57,150 nt of DNA, from positions 77,877-135,026 of the forward strand of contig CAZRHS010000001.1 in NCBI GenBank assembly GCA_964600045.1, given 5' to 3'. Below the pieces are notes generated by a model. The model did not search any database. It saw only the letters and a list, made by a program, of their open reading frames with translations, and was not told where the DNA came from. This stretch comes from an uncultured Clostridium sp. Lineage in GTDB: Bacteria > Bacillota > Clostridia > Christensenellales > CAG-138. Of this stretch, positions 36,772 to 49,203 are shown piece by piece (positions within the stretch are counted from its first letter, which is position 1; each line of letters starts with the position of its first letter). Position numbers and translations under genes: made by a program.

Positions 36772-38511
36772 TTAAATTTGCCTTATGCGCTTAATGTCCT
36801 CTTCGTTCGGCGTAACGTAGGCCGTTTTGTTGGTTGTGTATATTACCATGCCGGGTTTTGCTCCGGCAGGCTTTTTAACAAACTTTTTGGGCGTGTAGTC
36901 AACCGCCACGTTTTCGGAGCCTCTTGCCCTGCTGTAATATGCCGCAAGCAGAGCCGCCTCGTTCATGGCCGCCGTGTCGTTCTCTCCCGCGCCCTTTACT
37001 ATAACGTGGCTGCCGGGAATGTTTTTTGTGTGCATCCAAATATCGTTTGGCGAGGCAAAGCGCAGCGTAAGCTCATCGTTCTGCCGGTTGTTCTTGCCAA
37101 CGTATATGTCCGCTCCCGTGGAGGATACAAAGTGCATGGGCTTTGACGCGGCAAGCTTCATCTTTTTCTTTGCCCCGCGCTCGCGCTTTATGTATCCTAA
37201 ATCCTTAAGCTCCTCTATAAGCTCGCTAAGCTCGTTTTCGGCTGTGCATTTGGTAAGGTTGTCCAGCTGCCCTTCAAGGTAGCTCAGCTCATTAAGCGTT
37301 TGCTCGCGCTGTATAATCGCCATGTCCCGCGCGGCCTTAAGCTTTTGATATTTTTTATAATACCTCTGCGCGTTTTCGCCGGGCGTAAGCAGCTCGTCCA
37401 TGGGAATAGCTATGCGCTCGGGAGGATCACTGTAATAATTATCAACCGCCGCAACCTTCGCCCCGCCTTTAAGCGAATGAAGATTGGCCGTTAAAAGCTC
37501 GCCGTAAAGGCGGCATTTTTCCATCTGCTCCTCTGTGCTGAGCGCATCGGCGTACAGGGCAAGCTTTTTTTCGCAGCGCTCAATATTGTTTTGCAGCACC
37601 TTGCGCGCGCTCGCGCCGTGCCGCTTGGCCCATTCGCGCTTGTCGCTGTTTATATACAGGCTGTCAAGCGCGTCGCTTATGCTGTCATAAAGCTTTACAC
37701 CTTCGCCCGAAACGGCAAACGGATAAACAATCTCCGTTTCGCCAAGCGCGTTAAGTATGGCGCTCGATTGCTCCTTGCCCTCGCTTACGTTTTTGTAGAA
37801 CCGCACAAGGCCTTCACAAAGCTCGTTCCGCTCATCGTCGCTAAGCTCGCTGCAGTCTGCTTTAGCGGTATATCTTGAAACAAGCTGCGCGGCAACGGCG
37901 GGGGAAAGGCCGAAAAACGCGTTTGAAAGCGCCTTTGAAACGCTTACGCCTACCGTAAGCAGAGCGTTCGCGAAATCCTCTTTGGTTGCCTTAGCGGGGT
38001 CCTGCTTATCCTGCGCGGGCGGGGCGGAGTATTCAAGCCCCGGCATTACAAAGCGCACGCTGCTCATGCCTAAGCCGACGTGCTTTATGGCATCCACTAT
38101 AATCCCCCGGTCGTTAACGAGAATTATGTTTGAATGCTTGCCCATAAGCTCGCAGTAAAGCGCAAATTCTGCTAGGTCGCCAAGCTCATTATATGTTTCT
38201 ATGCTTATTTTAAGCACGCGGTCCAGGTTCTTCTGCTCAAAGCCGGTTATTTTGCCGCCGGCAATGCGCTTTCTAAGCAGCATGCAGAACATGGGCGCTT
38301 CGCTTGGCGCCTGCTTTTTTAGGCTTGTCAGCTGCACACGGTTATCGGAAGCGGAGGCGTTTATAAGCAGCCTTTGCGTTTGCCCAAGGCTCCTTACCAT
38401 AATAAGCAGCTCTTCCTTATCCGTTTGCTGTATTTTGTCTATCTTGCCGCCGCGAAGGAGCCTATCCAGCTCTATTGTAGCGGAATAAAGGCTAAGTCCG
38501 TCCATGGACAA
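36772..38511 (-). CDS. rqcH: ribosome quality-control NFACT protein RqcH (FbpA-like)
   Basis: NFACT-N start (GLSLYSATIELDRLL) and a C-terminal NFACT-R-like region (DIWMHTKNIPGSHVIV). TTG start 38511 with AGGAG 10 nt upstream. Confidence 0.88.
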   Translation of the reverse strand: MSMDGLSLYSATIELDRLLRGGKIDKIQQTDKEELLIMVRSLGQTQRLLINASASDNRVQLTSLKKQAPSEAPMFCMLLRKRIAGGKITGFEQKNLDRVLKISIETYNELGDLAEFALYCELMGKHSNIILVNDRGIIVDAIKHVGLGMSSVRFVMPGLEYSAPPAQDKQDPAKATKEDFANALLTVGVSVSKALSNAFFGLSPAVAAQLVSRYTAKADCSELSDDERNELCEGLVRFYKNVSEGKEQSSAILNALGETEIVYPFAVSGEGVKLYDSISDALDSLYINSDKREWAKRHGASARKVLQNNIERCEKKLALYADALSTEEQMEKCRLYGELLTANLHSLKGGAKVAAVDNYYSDPPERIAIPMDELLTPGENAQRYYKKYQKLKAARDMAIIQREQTLNELSYLEGQLDNLTKCTAENELSELIEELKDLGYIKRERGAKKKMKLAASKPMHFVSSTGADIYVGKNNRQNDELTLRFASPNDIWMHTKNIPGSHVIVKGAGENDTAAMNEAALLAAYYSRARGSENVAVDYTPKKFVKKPAGAKPGMVIYTTNKTAYVTPNEEDIKRIRQI

Positions 38512-38538
38512 GGCTTATCATCTCCTTTTTGAGGGCGC

Positions 38539-40962
38539 TTAGGATTCAAGCTTGCGCGCGCCCGTTACCACGTCGTCAAGCAGCGCCATAACAAGTATGC
38601 TGCCCTTGCCCGCGCGCGGCTCTATATGCACAAGCTCGGTGGTTTCTATATTCGTTTCCGTTCCGTGGAACTGGCACACGGCAAACGGGAACGGCACGGT
38701 TACGTGGAACGCCGCGGCTATGCAGCTGCCGTTGCTGCCGTTTTTCTTAAAGTCAAATGTTTTAAGGCCCTTGCCGTTGCGCCCCTGAATTTCGTATTCA
38801 AATACAAAGCTGCGCTTGGCGTAGCCGCGGTCGGTAATTGTAAGTATCTCGCCCTCGTCCGTAATCTGGGCAAAGAACATAACCTCGTCCCCGTCGTCAA
38901 GCTTAATGCACTTAACGCCAGCGCTCACGCGGCCCATTTCGGGCACGGTATCGGGCTCAAAGCGTATGCTCATGCCGCGCTTTGTAATAAGCAGTATCGT
39001 ATGCCCTTCGCCCTTGTCGGGTTCTATGCCTATTATCTCGTCGCCGTCCTTAAGCGCCGCCGCCTGTATCTTTTTGGTCTTTGTAATGTATTCCGCGGCC
39101 TTTGTGCGCTTTACGCTGCCCTGCTTTGTAAAGAACAGAAGGTCGCCCGTGCCAAGCTCATCAAAGCAGGAAACGAGCTTTTCGCCCTTTTCAAGCGTTG
39201 CTATCGTATTAAGGTTTATGGCCTTTGCGCCGGGCTTGGTATCGGCTATGTCGTCAACAGATAGGCTTATAAGGCTGCCAAGGCTTGTGAAAAGCTTTAT
39301 GCGCTTATCGGTAGACGTATCGAATACCCACATTGGCTTTTCCGCTTCGTTGAAAAGCGTGTCCCTCTGCCTGCGGCTTACGCGCCTAAGCTTTCCGTCC
39401 GCGCTTATGGCCACGCTTACATCTATCGCCGCTATCTCCGCTTCGTTAACCTCTATCACGGGCTGGGCGGATATAATCTGGGTTCTGCGGGGATCGGAAT
39501 ACTTTTCCTTTATTTCCGCAAGCTCGGTTTTTATAACCTGGTGCAGTTTTTCGGGGGAGGCCAGTATGGCATTCAGCTCCTTTATGGTTTTCAGTATGTC
39601 CTTATGCTCTTTTTCAATGGCCAAAAGCTCCAGATTGGTAAGCCTTTGCAGCCTTAAATCAAGTATCGCCTGCGCCTGTATTTCCGTAAGCTCAAAGCGC
39701 TTCATAAGGCCCTCTCGGGCTATCTTCGGCGTTTTGGAGGCGCGGATAAGGGCAATAACCTCGTCTATGTTCAAAACGGCTATCGAAAGGCCGTTCAGTA
39801 TATGCTCGCGTTTCATCGCGGCGTCAAGGTCAAAGCGCGTGCGGCGGGTTACAACGTTTTCCTGGTGGGCAATATAGTAGCGCAGCATGTCCTTTAAGCC
39901 AAGCTGCTGCGGCTTGCCGTCCGCTATCGCAACCATGTTTACGCCGAACGTAACCTGAAGATCGGAATATTTATAAAGATACTGCAGTATCTTTTCGGCG
40001 TCCGCGTCCTTTCTGACCTCTATAACGGCCCTCATGCCCATGCGGTCGGATTCATCGCGAATGTCGCTTACCCCCGCGAACATGGCCTTCTTTTCCTGGG
40101 TTATCTTAAGTATTCCCTCAAGCGCCCTTGCCTTATTCACCTGATAGGGCATCTCCGTTGCCACTATAAGCTTTTTGCCGTTTTTAAGCTCCTCTATATG
40201 GCACTTGGCACGAACGGTAAGCTTGCCGCGCCCGGTTTCGTAGGCCGCGCGTATTTCGTCGGAGGCCAGTATGTAGCCGCCCGTGGGAAAATCCGGGCAG
40301 GGGATTATTTTCATAAGCTCGTCAAGCGTAATTGATGGGTTCTCCATCTGCGCTATAACGGCGTCTATTGTTTCGGCAAAATTGTGCGGGGGAATGGCCG
40401 TTGCAAGGCCTACGGCTATGCCGTTCGCGCCGTTTACAAGCAAATTGGGGAAGCGGCCGGGCAAAAGATCCGGCTCCTTTTCCGTATCGTCAAAGTTAAG
40501 GCTGAACTTAACAGTGTCCTTATCAATGTCCCTTAAAAGCTCAAGCGCAAGCGGGGTCATCCTGGCTTCGGTATATCGCATGGCGGCGGCGCTGTCGCCG
40601 TCTATGCTGCCAAAGTTGCCGTGCCCGTCAACAAGCGGGGCGCGCATATTAAAGTCCTGCGCCATGCGCACCATTGCGTCATAAACGCTGGAGTCGCCGT
40701 GCGGATGGTATTTACCAAGGCAGTCACCAACAATACGGGCGCTCTTCCTGTGCGGCTTGTCGGGCGTGTTGCCAAGGCCAAGCATGGTATAAAGTATTCT
40801 GCGCTGAACGGGCTTTAAGCCGTCCTCAACTCTCGGCAGCGCGCGCTCAAGTATAACGTGCTCGGCGTAAGGCAGCATGGATTCGTGCATAACGTCGTCC
40901 ATGCTTTTTGTAAGTATGTTTTTATCCGTCGCGATAGGCGGTCTTTCGTCCTTTTTAGCCAT
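38539..40962 (-). CDS. parC: type IIA topoisomerase subunit A (GyrA/ParC family; ParC favoured)
   Basis: [12 protein letters not shown] and active-site [10 protein letters not shown]. No QRRGGKG GyrA-box at the start of the C-terminal domain, and the locus is not next to dnaA/dnaN/recF. Confidence 0.85.
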   Translation of the reverse strand: MAKKDERPPIATDKNILTKSMDDVMHESMLPYAEHVILERALPRVEDGLKPVQRRILYTMLGLGNTPDKPHRKSARIVGDCLGKYHPHGDSSVYDAMVRMAQDFNMRAPLVDGHGNFGSIDGDSAAAMRYTEARMTPLALELLRDIDKDTVKFSLNFDDTEKEPDLLPGRFPNLLVNGANGIAVGLATAIPPHNFAETIDAVIAQMENPSITLDELMKIIPCPDFPTGGYILASDEIRAAYETGRGKLTVRAKCHIEELKNGKKLIVATEMPYQVNKARALEGILKITQEKKAMFAGVSDIRDESDRMGMRAVIEVRKDADAEKILQYLYKYSDLQVTFGVNMVAIADGKPQQLGLKDMLRYYIAHQENVVTRRTRFDLDAAMKREHILNGLSIAVLNIDEVIALIRASKTPKIAREGLMKRFELTEIQAQAILDLRLQRLTNLELLAIEKEHKDILKTIKELNAILASPEKLHQVIKTELAEIKEKYSDPRRTQIISAQPVIEVNEAEIAAIDVSVAISADGKLRRVSRRQRDTLFNEAEKPMWVFDTSTDKRIKLFTSLGSLISLSVDDIADTKPGAKAINLNTIATLEKGEKLVSCFDELGTGDLLFFTKQGSVKRTKAAEYITKTKKIQAAALKDGDEIIGIEPDKGEGHTILLITKRGMSIRFEPDTVPEMGRVSAGVKCIKLDDGDEVMFFAQITDEGEILTITDRGYAKRSFVFEYEIQGRNGKGLKTFDFKKNGSNGSCIAAAFHVTVPFPFAVCQFHGTETNIETTELVHIEPRAGKGSILVMALLDDVVTGARKLES

Positions 40963-42952
40963 TTACCCGCGCGCTCCCTTCTTCCTTATTGCGCTGCGCC
41001 TTTTCGGCCTTTTCCTCAAAGGAATCGGTTTTGTTGAAATTGGCGAACTCGCTTATGTATTCCTTCCTGGGGCCTACCTTATCGCCCATAAGCAGGGTTA
41101 CAAGGTGCTCCACGTCCGCGGAATCCTCTATGTTTACCCGCACGAGCGTGCGGTTTTCGGGGTTCATGGTTGTTTCCCAAAGCTGCTCGGGGTTCATCTC
41201 GCCAAGGCCCTTGTAGCGCTGCAGGCTGTATCCTTTGCCAACCGTTTTAAGGGCTTTGTTCAGCGCGGCATCGTCATAAAGATACTGCACGTTTGAGCCC
41301 TTCTGCAGCTTGTAAAGCGGGGGCTGGCCCATATACACATGCCCCTCGGTTATAAGCTCCTTCATGTAGCGGTAGAAGAACGTGAGCAATATGGCCCTTA
41401 TGTGCGCGCCGTCCTGGTCGGCATCGGAAAGAATTATTATCTTGTCGTATTTAAGGCCGCTTATGTCAAAATCCTCGCCAATGCCCGTGCCTATGGCGGT
41501 TATTATGGAGCGGAACTCCTCATTTTGAAGCACCTGGTCTATGCGCTTTTTCTCAACGTTGAGCGGCTTGCCCCTAAGCGGAAGTATTGCCTGAAAGCGC
41601 CTGTCTCGTCCCTGCTTGGCGCTGCCGCCTGCGCTGTCTCCCTCAACTATGAAAAGCTCGTTTATTTTGTAATCGCGCCCGGTGCAGCTTGAAAGCTTTC
41701 CCACAAGGGGAGCGTTGTCAAGCTTGTTCTTTTCGCGCGCCATACTCTTTGCCTTGCGGGCGGATTCGCGCACCTTTGCCGCCTTAACGGCCTTGTCCGC
41801 CATAAGGGATGCGGTTTCTGCGTTCTTCAAATCCTCAAGGTACGGCGAAAGGTATTCATTAAGCACGTATTCAACGGCGGGCTTGGCCTCCGTGTTGCCA
41901 AGGCGGGTTTTAGTCTGCCCTTCAAACTGCACGGTGTGCATTTTAAGCGAAAGCACAACCGTAAGCCCCTCGCGGAAGTCCTCTCCGGTAAGGGACGGGT
42001 CTTTATCCTTAAGTATGCCGGTTTTGCGGCAATAGTCGTTCATTATCTTTGTAAGGCCGCTCTTAAAGCCTATCTCATGCGTGCCGCCCTCGGTTGTGGG
42101 AATATTGTTCACGTATGAAAACATGCTTTCGGTATAGCCGTCGTTATGCTGCATGGCAAGCTCAACAACTATGCCGTCCTTTGTGCCGCTTATGTGTATG
42201 GGTTCTGGATAAAGCGGGGTTTTGTCGGCATTAAGGTATTTTACAAAGTCCGAAAGTCCGCCCTCAAAGCAATACTCCCGCTCCTTTTTGTCGCCGCGCG
42301 TGCGCTCGTCGGTAAGGTTAAAATGAACCCCGCGGTTAAGGTATGCAAGCTCCCTTAAGCGCTTTGATATTATTTCAAAGTTCATGTCAAGCGTTTCAAA
42401 AACGCGCCTGTCAGGCAGGAATGTAACCTTTGTGCCGCGCTTTCTTGTGCGGCCAACCTCGGCAAGCGGGGCCTCGGGTATGCCGGAATGGGTAGTGCCA
42501 TCCGGATCAACAAAGCTGTGAAAATGCTGAACGTAGCTCTTGCCCTCCGTTGCCACCTCAACCGTTACCCATTCGCTAAGCGCGTTTACAACGCTCGCGC
42601 CAACGCCGTGAAGTCCGCCGGAAAAGCCGTATGCCTCGTTATCGAATTTGCCGCCCGCGTGCAGCTGGGTATACACAACCTCAACGCCGCTTACGCCAAG
42701 CTTTTCATGAATGCCAACGGGTATGCCGCGGCCGTTATCCTCAACGGTTACGGAATTATCCTTGTTAAGGGTAACGTTTATTGTGTCCGCAAAGCCGTTG
42801 GCCGCCTCGTCAACTGCGTTGTCCACTATTTCCCAAAGCATGTGGTGCAGCCCGCGCGCGCCGGTAGAACCGATATACATGCCCGGGCGCATACGCACGG
42901 CCTCAAGCCCCTCCATTACTTTTATATCGCTTACGGTATAGTCTTTAGACAT
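40955..42952 (-). CDS. parE: type IIA topoisomerase subunit B (GyrB/ParE family; ParE favoured)
   Basis: GHKL ATPase [15 protein letters not shown], Toprim [15 protein letters not shown] and PLRGK. 8-nt overlap with the subunit A gene. Confidence 0.85.
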   Translation of the reverse strand: MSKDYTVSDIKVMEGLEAVRMRPGMYIGSTGARGLHHMLWEIVDNAVDEAANGFADTINVTLNKDNSVTVEDNGRGIPVGIHEKLGVSGVEVVYTQLHAGGKFDNEAYGFSGGLHGVGASVVNALSEWVTVEVATEGKSYVQHFHSFVDPDGTTHSGIPEAPLAEVGRTRKRGTKVTFLPDRRVFETLDMNFEIISKRLRELAYLNRGVHFNLTDERTRGDKKEREYCFEGGLSDFVKYLNADKTPLYPEPIHISGTKDGIVVELAMQHNDGYTESMFSYVNNIPTTEGGTHEIGFKSGLTKIMNDYCRKTGILKDKDPSLTGEDFREGLTVVLSLKMHTVQFEGQTKTRLGNTEAKPAVEYVLNEYLSPYLEDLKNAETASLMADKAVKAAKVRESARKAKSMAREKNKLDNAPLVGKLSSCTGRDYKINELFIVEGDSAGGSAKQGRDRRFQAILPLRGKPLNVEKKRIDQVLQNEEFRSIITAIGTGIGEDFDISGLKYDKIIILSDADQDGAHIRAILLTFFYRYMKELITEGHVYMGQPPLYKLQKGSNVQYLYDDAALNKALKTVGKGYSLQRYKGLGEMNPEQLWETTMNPENRTLVRVNIEDSADVEHLVTLLMGDKVGPRKEYISEFANFNKTDSFEEKAEKAQRNKEEGSARVNG

Positions 42953-43033
42953 ATTCCCTCCAAACGCGCCGCAGCGCAGAATAAAACATCATTCACCAAT
43001 ATACTATTATAGTATAAACACGGCATTCAAACA

Positions 43034-43063
43034 ACAAAAAAAGCGGACGGCAAACACCGTCCG
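43034..43063 (-). terminator. intrinsic terminator after the 177-aa gene
   Basis: Minus strand: CGGACGG-TGTTTG-CCGTCCG followed by CTTTTTTT. Confidence 0.75.
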
Positions 43064-43078
43064 TACTTTGTATTAAGC

Positions 43079-43612
43079 TTATTCGCGCGTAAGTTCGCTG
43101 TATACCGCGTTAAAAATAGTCTGGCTGCGCTCCTCCCAAACGCTGCAGGCGTGGCGGGCGGATTCCTCATCGGGCAGCAGCAGTTCTATTTTCAGCAAAT
43201 CGCCGTGCGGCTCCATTGCCCTAAGCGTAACCCGGCGGGCGGTTTCGCCCGCGGAATCCCGCTCTATTTTGGTTGCGAAGCGGGTGCGGCTTAAAAGGGT
43301 GGGTGCGTAGTCCTGCGCGGCCGCGCTTATTTTGTCCCTAAGTGAACCGGGCAGGCGCACCGCGAACATATCAAGCGTTTCCTCTCCCTGCGGCGTAAGG
43401 AAATAGGCCTGACCGTACGGGCGCGGAACGGCGCTAATAAGTCCGCCCTCCTCCAGCTCGTATGCGGCATTATGCACGGCAAAATAGCCCAAAAGATCGT
43501 ATAATACAAAAAAGTCCGAAAGCTGCTCCTTTGTGGGCTGCACGCCCAGCGCTCTCAGGCCGTAAAGCACCATCAGCTTATCCTTTGTAACTCCCGTTGA
43601 AAAGTATTCCAT
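43079..43612 (-). CDS. hypothetical protein, possible winged-helix (PadR/DUF4364-like)
   Basis: Coding-like ORF with its own promoter and terminator. The N-terminal half resembles small wHTH proteins, but the family call is from weak memory only. Confidence 0.5.
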   Translation of the reverse strand: MEYFSTGVTKDKLMVLYGLRALGVQPTKEQLSDFFVLYDLLGYFAVHNAAYELEEGGLISAVPRPYGQAYFLTPQGEETLDMFAVRLPGSLRDKISAAAQDYAPTLLSRTRFATKIERDSAGETARRVTLRAMEPHGDLLKIELLLPDEESARHACSVWEERSQTIFNAVYSELTRE

Positions 43613-43641
43613 GTGTTCTCCTCACAGCGTAGCTTTGTATA

Positions 43642-43670
43642 ATTATAGCATAAACTTGGCTGTATAACAA
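43642..43670 (-). promoter_or_regulatory. sigma-A type promoter for the 177-aa gene
   Basis: Minus strand: TTGTTA (43670-43665), 17-nt spacer, TATAAT (43647-43642). Confidence 0.5.
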
Positions 43671-43706
43671 AGGGGCGCGTTAAGCACCCCCAAAGGTTTT
43701 TAAGAA

Positions 43707-44309
43707 TTATTCAAGGCAATCTATCGCGGCTGTAATGCCCCTTACCATGTCGTCAAGGCTCATGCTCGCAGCGCCGCTTTTCCCTATAACCTGCTTTGGC
43801 AGGTACGGCACGTGTATAAAGCCGGCCTTTGTTGAAAGGCCCAACCGGCTTATGCTGTTAAGAAGAGCATACATTGTGCTGTTGCAAACGTATGTACCCG
43901 CGCTGTTTGAAACGGCGGCGGGAATACCGGCCCCTTCAATTGCCTTTACCATGCGCTTTATGGGAAGCGTTGCGAAATACGCATCGGGTCCCGCGGGGCA
44001 AACCGGCTCATCGGTCGGGGTGAATCCGGAATTATCCGCCATGCGTGCGTCCATAATGTTTATGGCAACCCGTTCGGGCGTTATCGCTGCCCTTCCGCCC
44101 GCCTGACCTAAGCAGATTGCGTAATCGGGCTTAATTTCCGAAACATAGCGGCTTATGTCTTCGGCCGCACCCTTAAATGTAACGCCGAGCAGCCTTTTTT
44201 CAAGGCGAAGCGCCCCTATTTGATCACTAAGCCTTTCAAGCACCAGCATGGAAGGGTTTTCACTTTCCCCGCCAAATGGCTCAAACGCGGTTATAAGCAG
44301 CGTTTTCAT
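43707..44309 (-). CDS. pcp: pyroglutamyl-peptidase I
   Basis: MKTLLITAFEPFGGESENPS and catalytic AGTYVCN. ATG 44309 chosen because the longer ORF would overlap the upstream gene. Confidence 0.9.
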   Translation of the reverse strand: MKTLLITAFEPFGGESENPSMLVLERLSDQIGALRLEKRLLGVTFKGAAEDISRYVSEIKPDYAICLGQAGGRAAITPERVAINIMDARMADNSGFTPTDEPVCPAGPDAYFATLPIKRMVKAIEGAGIPAAVSNSAGTYVCNSTMYALLNSISRLGLSTKAGFIHVPYLPKQVIGKSGAASMSLDDMVRGITAAIDCLE

Positions 44310-44313
44310 GGGT

Positions 44314-45189
44314 TTATCTCGCCTTTCTGTATGTTGTGCCGTTTTCAAGCGTAATACCCTTTGCCTCAAACATTTCGCTTACGGTAACAAGCTTAAAGCC
44401 TTTTTCCAAAAGCGCGGGTATAATCTGCTCCGCCGCGGCGGCGGTGTCCTCCCTAACGTCGTGCATAAGCACTATGTCCCCGTCAATGGCCTCTATGGCC
44501 GCGGCAACCGTGCTTGCCGTGTCGCGTGTTTTCCAGTCCTCGGTATCTATGCTCCAAAGTATAAGCGGGTATTTTACGCTTGCGCGAACCTCGTCATTCT
44601 TGGCGCCGTAGGGCGGGCGAACAAGGCGGGGCTTTTCGCCGGTGATGCTTTCTATCAGGTCCGCCGTGTCCTCAACCTGGCTCTTTCTTTCGCTTTCGGT
44701 TATCTTTGTAAGGTTCTTGTGGTCGTATGTGTGGTTGGCTATTTCGCACCCCAGATTATAAGCGCGCCTTACGGTGTCCGGGAACTTGGCCACCTGACTG
44801 CCCAGCGCAAAAAACGTAACGTGTACGCCGTAGTCGGAATATTGCTCAACAACGTCCAGTATGCGGTTCGTAATCTCGCCGTAAGGGCCGTCGTCAAACG
44901 TAAGCGCAACGTATTTCTGCTCGCCCGATGTATCGCCGCCTGTAATCGCGCCGCTCGCGGTAACAGTGGCCGTTGGGTCCGGAGTGGGAGCCAAAGTCGG
45001 GGTAGGGTCGGGGGTATAAACCGGCTCCGGCGTGGGGCTGTGGGTAGGCTTGGGCACCTGAACTATTTCACTTGCAGTATCGGAATCTTCAATAATATCG
45101 ACAACATCGCATCCGCAAAGGCAGAATATCGAGGCAACACAAATAAGCATGGCTAAAAAAGCCCTATATATGTAAACGATCCTGTTCAT
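44314..45189 (-). CDS. NodB-type polysaccharide (peptidoglycan) deacetylase, membrane-anchored with PT-rich linker
   Basis: ALTFDDGP and HTYDH motifs; N-terminal TM/lipobox-like segment (LCGC). Confidence 0.88.
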   Translation of the reverse strand: MNRIVYIYRAFLAMLICVASIFCLCGCDVVDIIEDSDTASEIVQVPKPTHSPTPEPVYTPDPTPTLAPTPDPTATVTASGAITGGDTSGEQKYVALTFDDGPYGEITNRILDVVEQYSDYGVHVTFFALGSQVAKFPDTVRRAYNLGCEIANHTYDHKNLTKITESERKSQVEDTADLIESITGEKPRLVRPPYGAKNDEVRASVKYPLILWSIDTEDWKTRDTASTVAAAIEAIDGDIVLMHDVREDTAAAAEQIIPALLEKGFKLVTVSEMFEAKGITLENGTTYRKAR

Positions 45190-45315
45190 CGTACGCTCCT
45201 TAAAAACGCCCGCAGGCCTAACCGCGAGCCGATATAATTATGATAAACCTTATTAAATGCGAATTCAATACAATCAAAAAATTTAACAGACTGTTAATAC
45301 ATTGCCGCGGTTGTA

Positions 45316-45344
45316 TTGCATTGCGGGTTCGTTTCAAATATAAT
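45316..45344 (+). promoter_or_regulatory. sigma-A type promoter for queA-tgt
   Basis: TTGCAT (45316-45321), 17-nt spacer, TATAAT (45339-45344). Confidence 0.55.
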
Positions 45345-45390
45345 AATCGGGGGTGCGTGGGCAAACACGCCGAACCCCGGAGGCGATACA

Positions 45391-46413
45391 TTGAAAACAA
45401 GTGATTTTTACTACGATCTTCCGCATGAGCTTATAGCGCAAACGCCTATAAAGGACAGGAGCGCCGCGCGCATGCTTTATTACAACATGCAGACAAAGCA
45501 GATGCATGACGAAATATTTACCGATATTCTTACACACCTGCGCCCGGGCGACATACTTGTAAGAAATACCACCCGCGTTATTCCCGCGCGCCTTTACGCG
45601 CACAGGGAGGATACCGGCGGACTGATGGAGTTTTTGCTGCTGAAAAGGCTTGACGACCACCGCTACGAGGCGCTTGTGCGCCCCGGCAGGCGCGCGAAGC
45701 CCGGCATTATATATAAGGTTACCGATGAACTGAGCATAGAGGTTGAGTCCCCCACGGATGCCGGAGGCAGGGTTATATACCTTCATTATGATGGCATACT
45801 TGAAGAGGTGCTTGACCGCTGCGGCGAAACCCCGCTGCCGCCCTATATAACCGAAAGGCTGGAGGACAAGGAGCGCTATCAAACGGTTTACGCCAAGCAG
45901 AGCGGCTCAGCCGCGGCACCCACGGCCGGGCTGCATTTTACCGAAGAGCTGCTTGAAAAGGTGCGCGATATGGGCGTTGATATAGCGGACGTGCTGCTGC
46001 ACGTGGGCCTTGGCACATTCAGGCCGGTATCCGCCGAAAACATAGAAGAGCACCATATGCACAGCGAATACTATGAAATGAGCGAGGAATCTGCCGAAAA
46101 GATAAACCGCGCCAGGAAAAACGGCGGCAGGATAATAGCCGTTGGCACAACATCGTGCCGCACGCTTGAAAGCGTAAGCGATGAAAACGGAATAGTGCAC
46201 GCCAAGAGCGGATATACGGACATATTTATAACCCCGGGTTATCACTTTAAGGCCGTGGACGGGCTTATAACTAATTTCCACCTTCCCGAGTCAACCCTGC
46301 TTATGCTTGTAAGCGCGCTTTGCTCCCGCGAGGAGGTAATGGAAATATACGCCCACGCCGTAAAGGAACGCTATCGCTTCTTCAGCTTTGGTGATTGCTG
46401 CCTGTTCCTTTAA
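45391..46413 (+). CDS. queA: S-adenosylmethionine:tRNA ribosyltransferase-isomerase
   Basis: (M)KTSDFYYDLPHELIAQTPIKDRS. TTG 45391 has GGAGG 7 nt upstream. The ATG at 45316 coincides with the promoter -35. Confidence 0.92.
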   Translation: MKTSDFYYDLPHELIAQTPIKDRSAARMLYYNMQTKQMHDEIFTDILTHLRPGDILVRNTTRVIPARLYAHREDTGGLMEFLLLKRLDDHRYEALVRPGRRAKPGIIYKVTDELSIEVESPTDAGGRVIYLHYDGILEEVLDRCGETPLPPYITERLEDKERYQTVYAKQSGSAAAPTAGLHFTEELLEKVRDMGVDIADVLLHVGLGTFRPVSAENIEEHHMHSEYYEMSEESAEKINRARKNGGRIIAVGTTSCRTLESVSDENGIVHAKSGYTDIFITPGYHFKAVDGLITNFHLPESTLLMLVSALCSREEVMEIYAHAVKERYRFFSFGDCCLFL

Positions 46414-47562
<1,149 letters not shown>

Positions 47563-47563
47563 T

Positions 47564-48019
47564 ATGAAGGAGCTTGTGCTTAAGGCACTCGGCGAAGAAG
47601 AAACGGCCGAAATAGGCAAAAAGCTTGGGGAGGCTCTGTTCCCGGGCGCGTTTATAGCGCTTTACGGCGACCTTGGCGCCGGCAAAACAACGCTTACAAA
47701 AAGCATTGCGGCGGCCCTCGGGATACACGGCATACTAAGCCCCACGTTTACAATAGTGCGCGAATATAAGGGCAGAATACCGCTTTTTCACTTTGACGCG
47801 TATCGCCTTGGGGACGCGGACGAGCTTTATGCCATAGGCTACGATGAATACGTAAACCGCGGCGGCGCAATAATAATGGAATGGTGCGAAAACGTGCCGG
47901 ACGCGCTGCCGAATGACAGGCTTGAAATTCGCGTTGAGGGCAGCGGCGACGAGATGCGAACAATGCGCGTTACCGCCACGGGACCTAAGCACGAAAAGCT
48001 TGCGGAGGCACTTGAATGA
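47564..48019 (+). CDS. tsaE: tRNA t6A biosynthesis ATPase TsaE
   Basis: YGDLGAGKTTLTK and SPTFTIV; ATG lies 1 nt after the tgt stop. Confidence 0.9.
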   Translation: MKELVLKALGEEETAEIGKKLGEALFPGAFIALYGDLGAGKTTLTKSIAAALGIHGILSPTFTIVREYKGRIPLFHFDAYRLGDADELYAIGYDEYVNRGGAIIMEWCENVPDALPNDRLEIRVEGSGDEMRTMRVTATGPKHEKLAEALE

Positions 48020-48690
48020 GAAACATTTTGCTTATATCAACGTCCGGCCGGGCGGCGGGCGCGGCGATATGCCGAAACGGGGAGATTGTGCGCTCAAAGC
48101 TGAGCGATAACGGCCTTACCCATTCGGAAACAATAATGCCGCTTATAGACGCTCTTTTTGATGAGAGCGTAAAGCTTTCGGACATAAACGCCGTGTGCGC
48201 GGACGTTGGGCCCGGTTCTTTCACAGGCGTACGCATAGGCGTATGCATAGCTAACGCGATGGCATTCGCGCTTAAGCTTCCGGTGCTTGAGGTAAGCTCG
48301 CTCAGGGCACTTGCGGATGCGGTTGATACGGGAAAGCCTGTGTGCGCCCTTATAGACGCGCGAAACGGCAACGGCTATGCCGCGCTTTATAAAAACGGGC
48401 AGGAGATAATCGCCCCAAAGGCCGTTGCGGTAAGCGAGCTTTTAAGTGACTTACCGGAGAATACGGTATTTACCGGGGACGGGGCAGGGGCATATAAAGA
48501 AACCATAGCCGCGGCTATGCCGGGCGCGGAATTCGCGGCAAGCGAAAAATACATGCTTACTGCGGATATGCTTGCTAAAGAGGCCGACTTGCTGCTTGAA
48601 AGCGGCAAAAGCGTTACGGAGGCGCGGCCGCTGTATTTAAGACCCACGCAGGCCGAAAGAATGTATAAAGCAAAGGAGCAGCAAAAATGA
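48016..48690 (+). CDS. tsaB: tRNA t6A biosynthesis protein TsaB
   Basis: GPGSFTGVRIG motif; ATGA overlap with tsaE. Confidence 0.9.
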   Translation: MRNILLISTSGRAAGAAICRNGEIVRSKLSDNGLTHSETIMPLIDALFDESVKLSDINAVCADVGPGSFTGVRIGVCIANAMAFALKLPVLEVSSLRALADAVDTGKPVCALIDARNGNGYAALYKNGQEIIAPKAVAVSELLSDLPENTVFTGDGAGAYKETIAAAMPGAEFAASEKYMLTADMLAKEADLLLESGKSVTEARPLYLRPTQAERMYKAKEQQK

Positions 48691-49169
48691 GCGATATTGT
48701 GCGCCCGATGCAGGCAATGGATATAGACAGGGTATATGAGCTGGAGCGCACGTGCTTCCGCACGCCGTGGTCAAGGGAATCGCTTGCGGGAGAACTGAAA
48801 AACAAAATGGCGCACTATCTTGTTCTGGAGCGGGACGGCCGGGTTGTGGCTTACGCCGGAATGTGGATAATATACGACGAGGCGCATATTACAAACGTGG
48901 CCGTTGATCCGGACTGCAGAAGGCAGGGCATAGCAAGGCGCGTAATGCTCTGCATGATGCGTTCTGCCCGCCTTTTTGACGCAACAAGCATGACGCTTGA
49001 GGTGAGGGAGAATAACTTTGGCGCGCAGGCTCTATATAAAGGGCTTGATTTTGAAAAGGCCGGCGTAAGAAAGGGCTACTATACCGATACCGGTGAAGCG
49101 GCATACATAATGTGGAACCGCGATATCGGCTTGACACTTGAAAAAAGCAATGTTACCATAAATTTATAA
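48687..49169 (+). CDS. rimI: ribosomal-protein-alanine N-acetyltransferase
   Basis: GNAT motif NVAVDPDCRRQGIARRVM; tsaE-tsaB-rimI context. Confidence 0.88.
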   Translation: MSDIVRPMQAMDIDRVYELERTCFRTPWSRESLAGELKNKMAHYLVLERDGRVVAYAGMWIIYDEAHITNVAVDPDCRRQGIARRVMLCMMRSARLFDATSMTLEVRENNFGAQALYKGLDFEKAGVRKGYYTDTGEAAYIMWNRDIGLTLEKSNVTINL

Positions 49170-49203
49170 AGCATAAAAATACATTAAAAGGAGATACATC
49201 ACA

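Noticed and set aside
45345-45390. Possible preQ1 riboswitch in the queA 5' UTR (GC-rich hairpin next to the SD)
   Set aside because: It lacks the short hairpin plus A-rich tail that I remember for preQ1-I/II. Such riboswitches normally precede queC/queT-type genes rather than queA-tgt. It is probably just a UTR hairpin.
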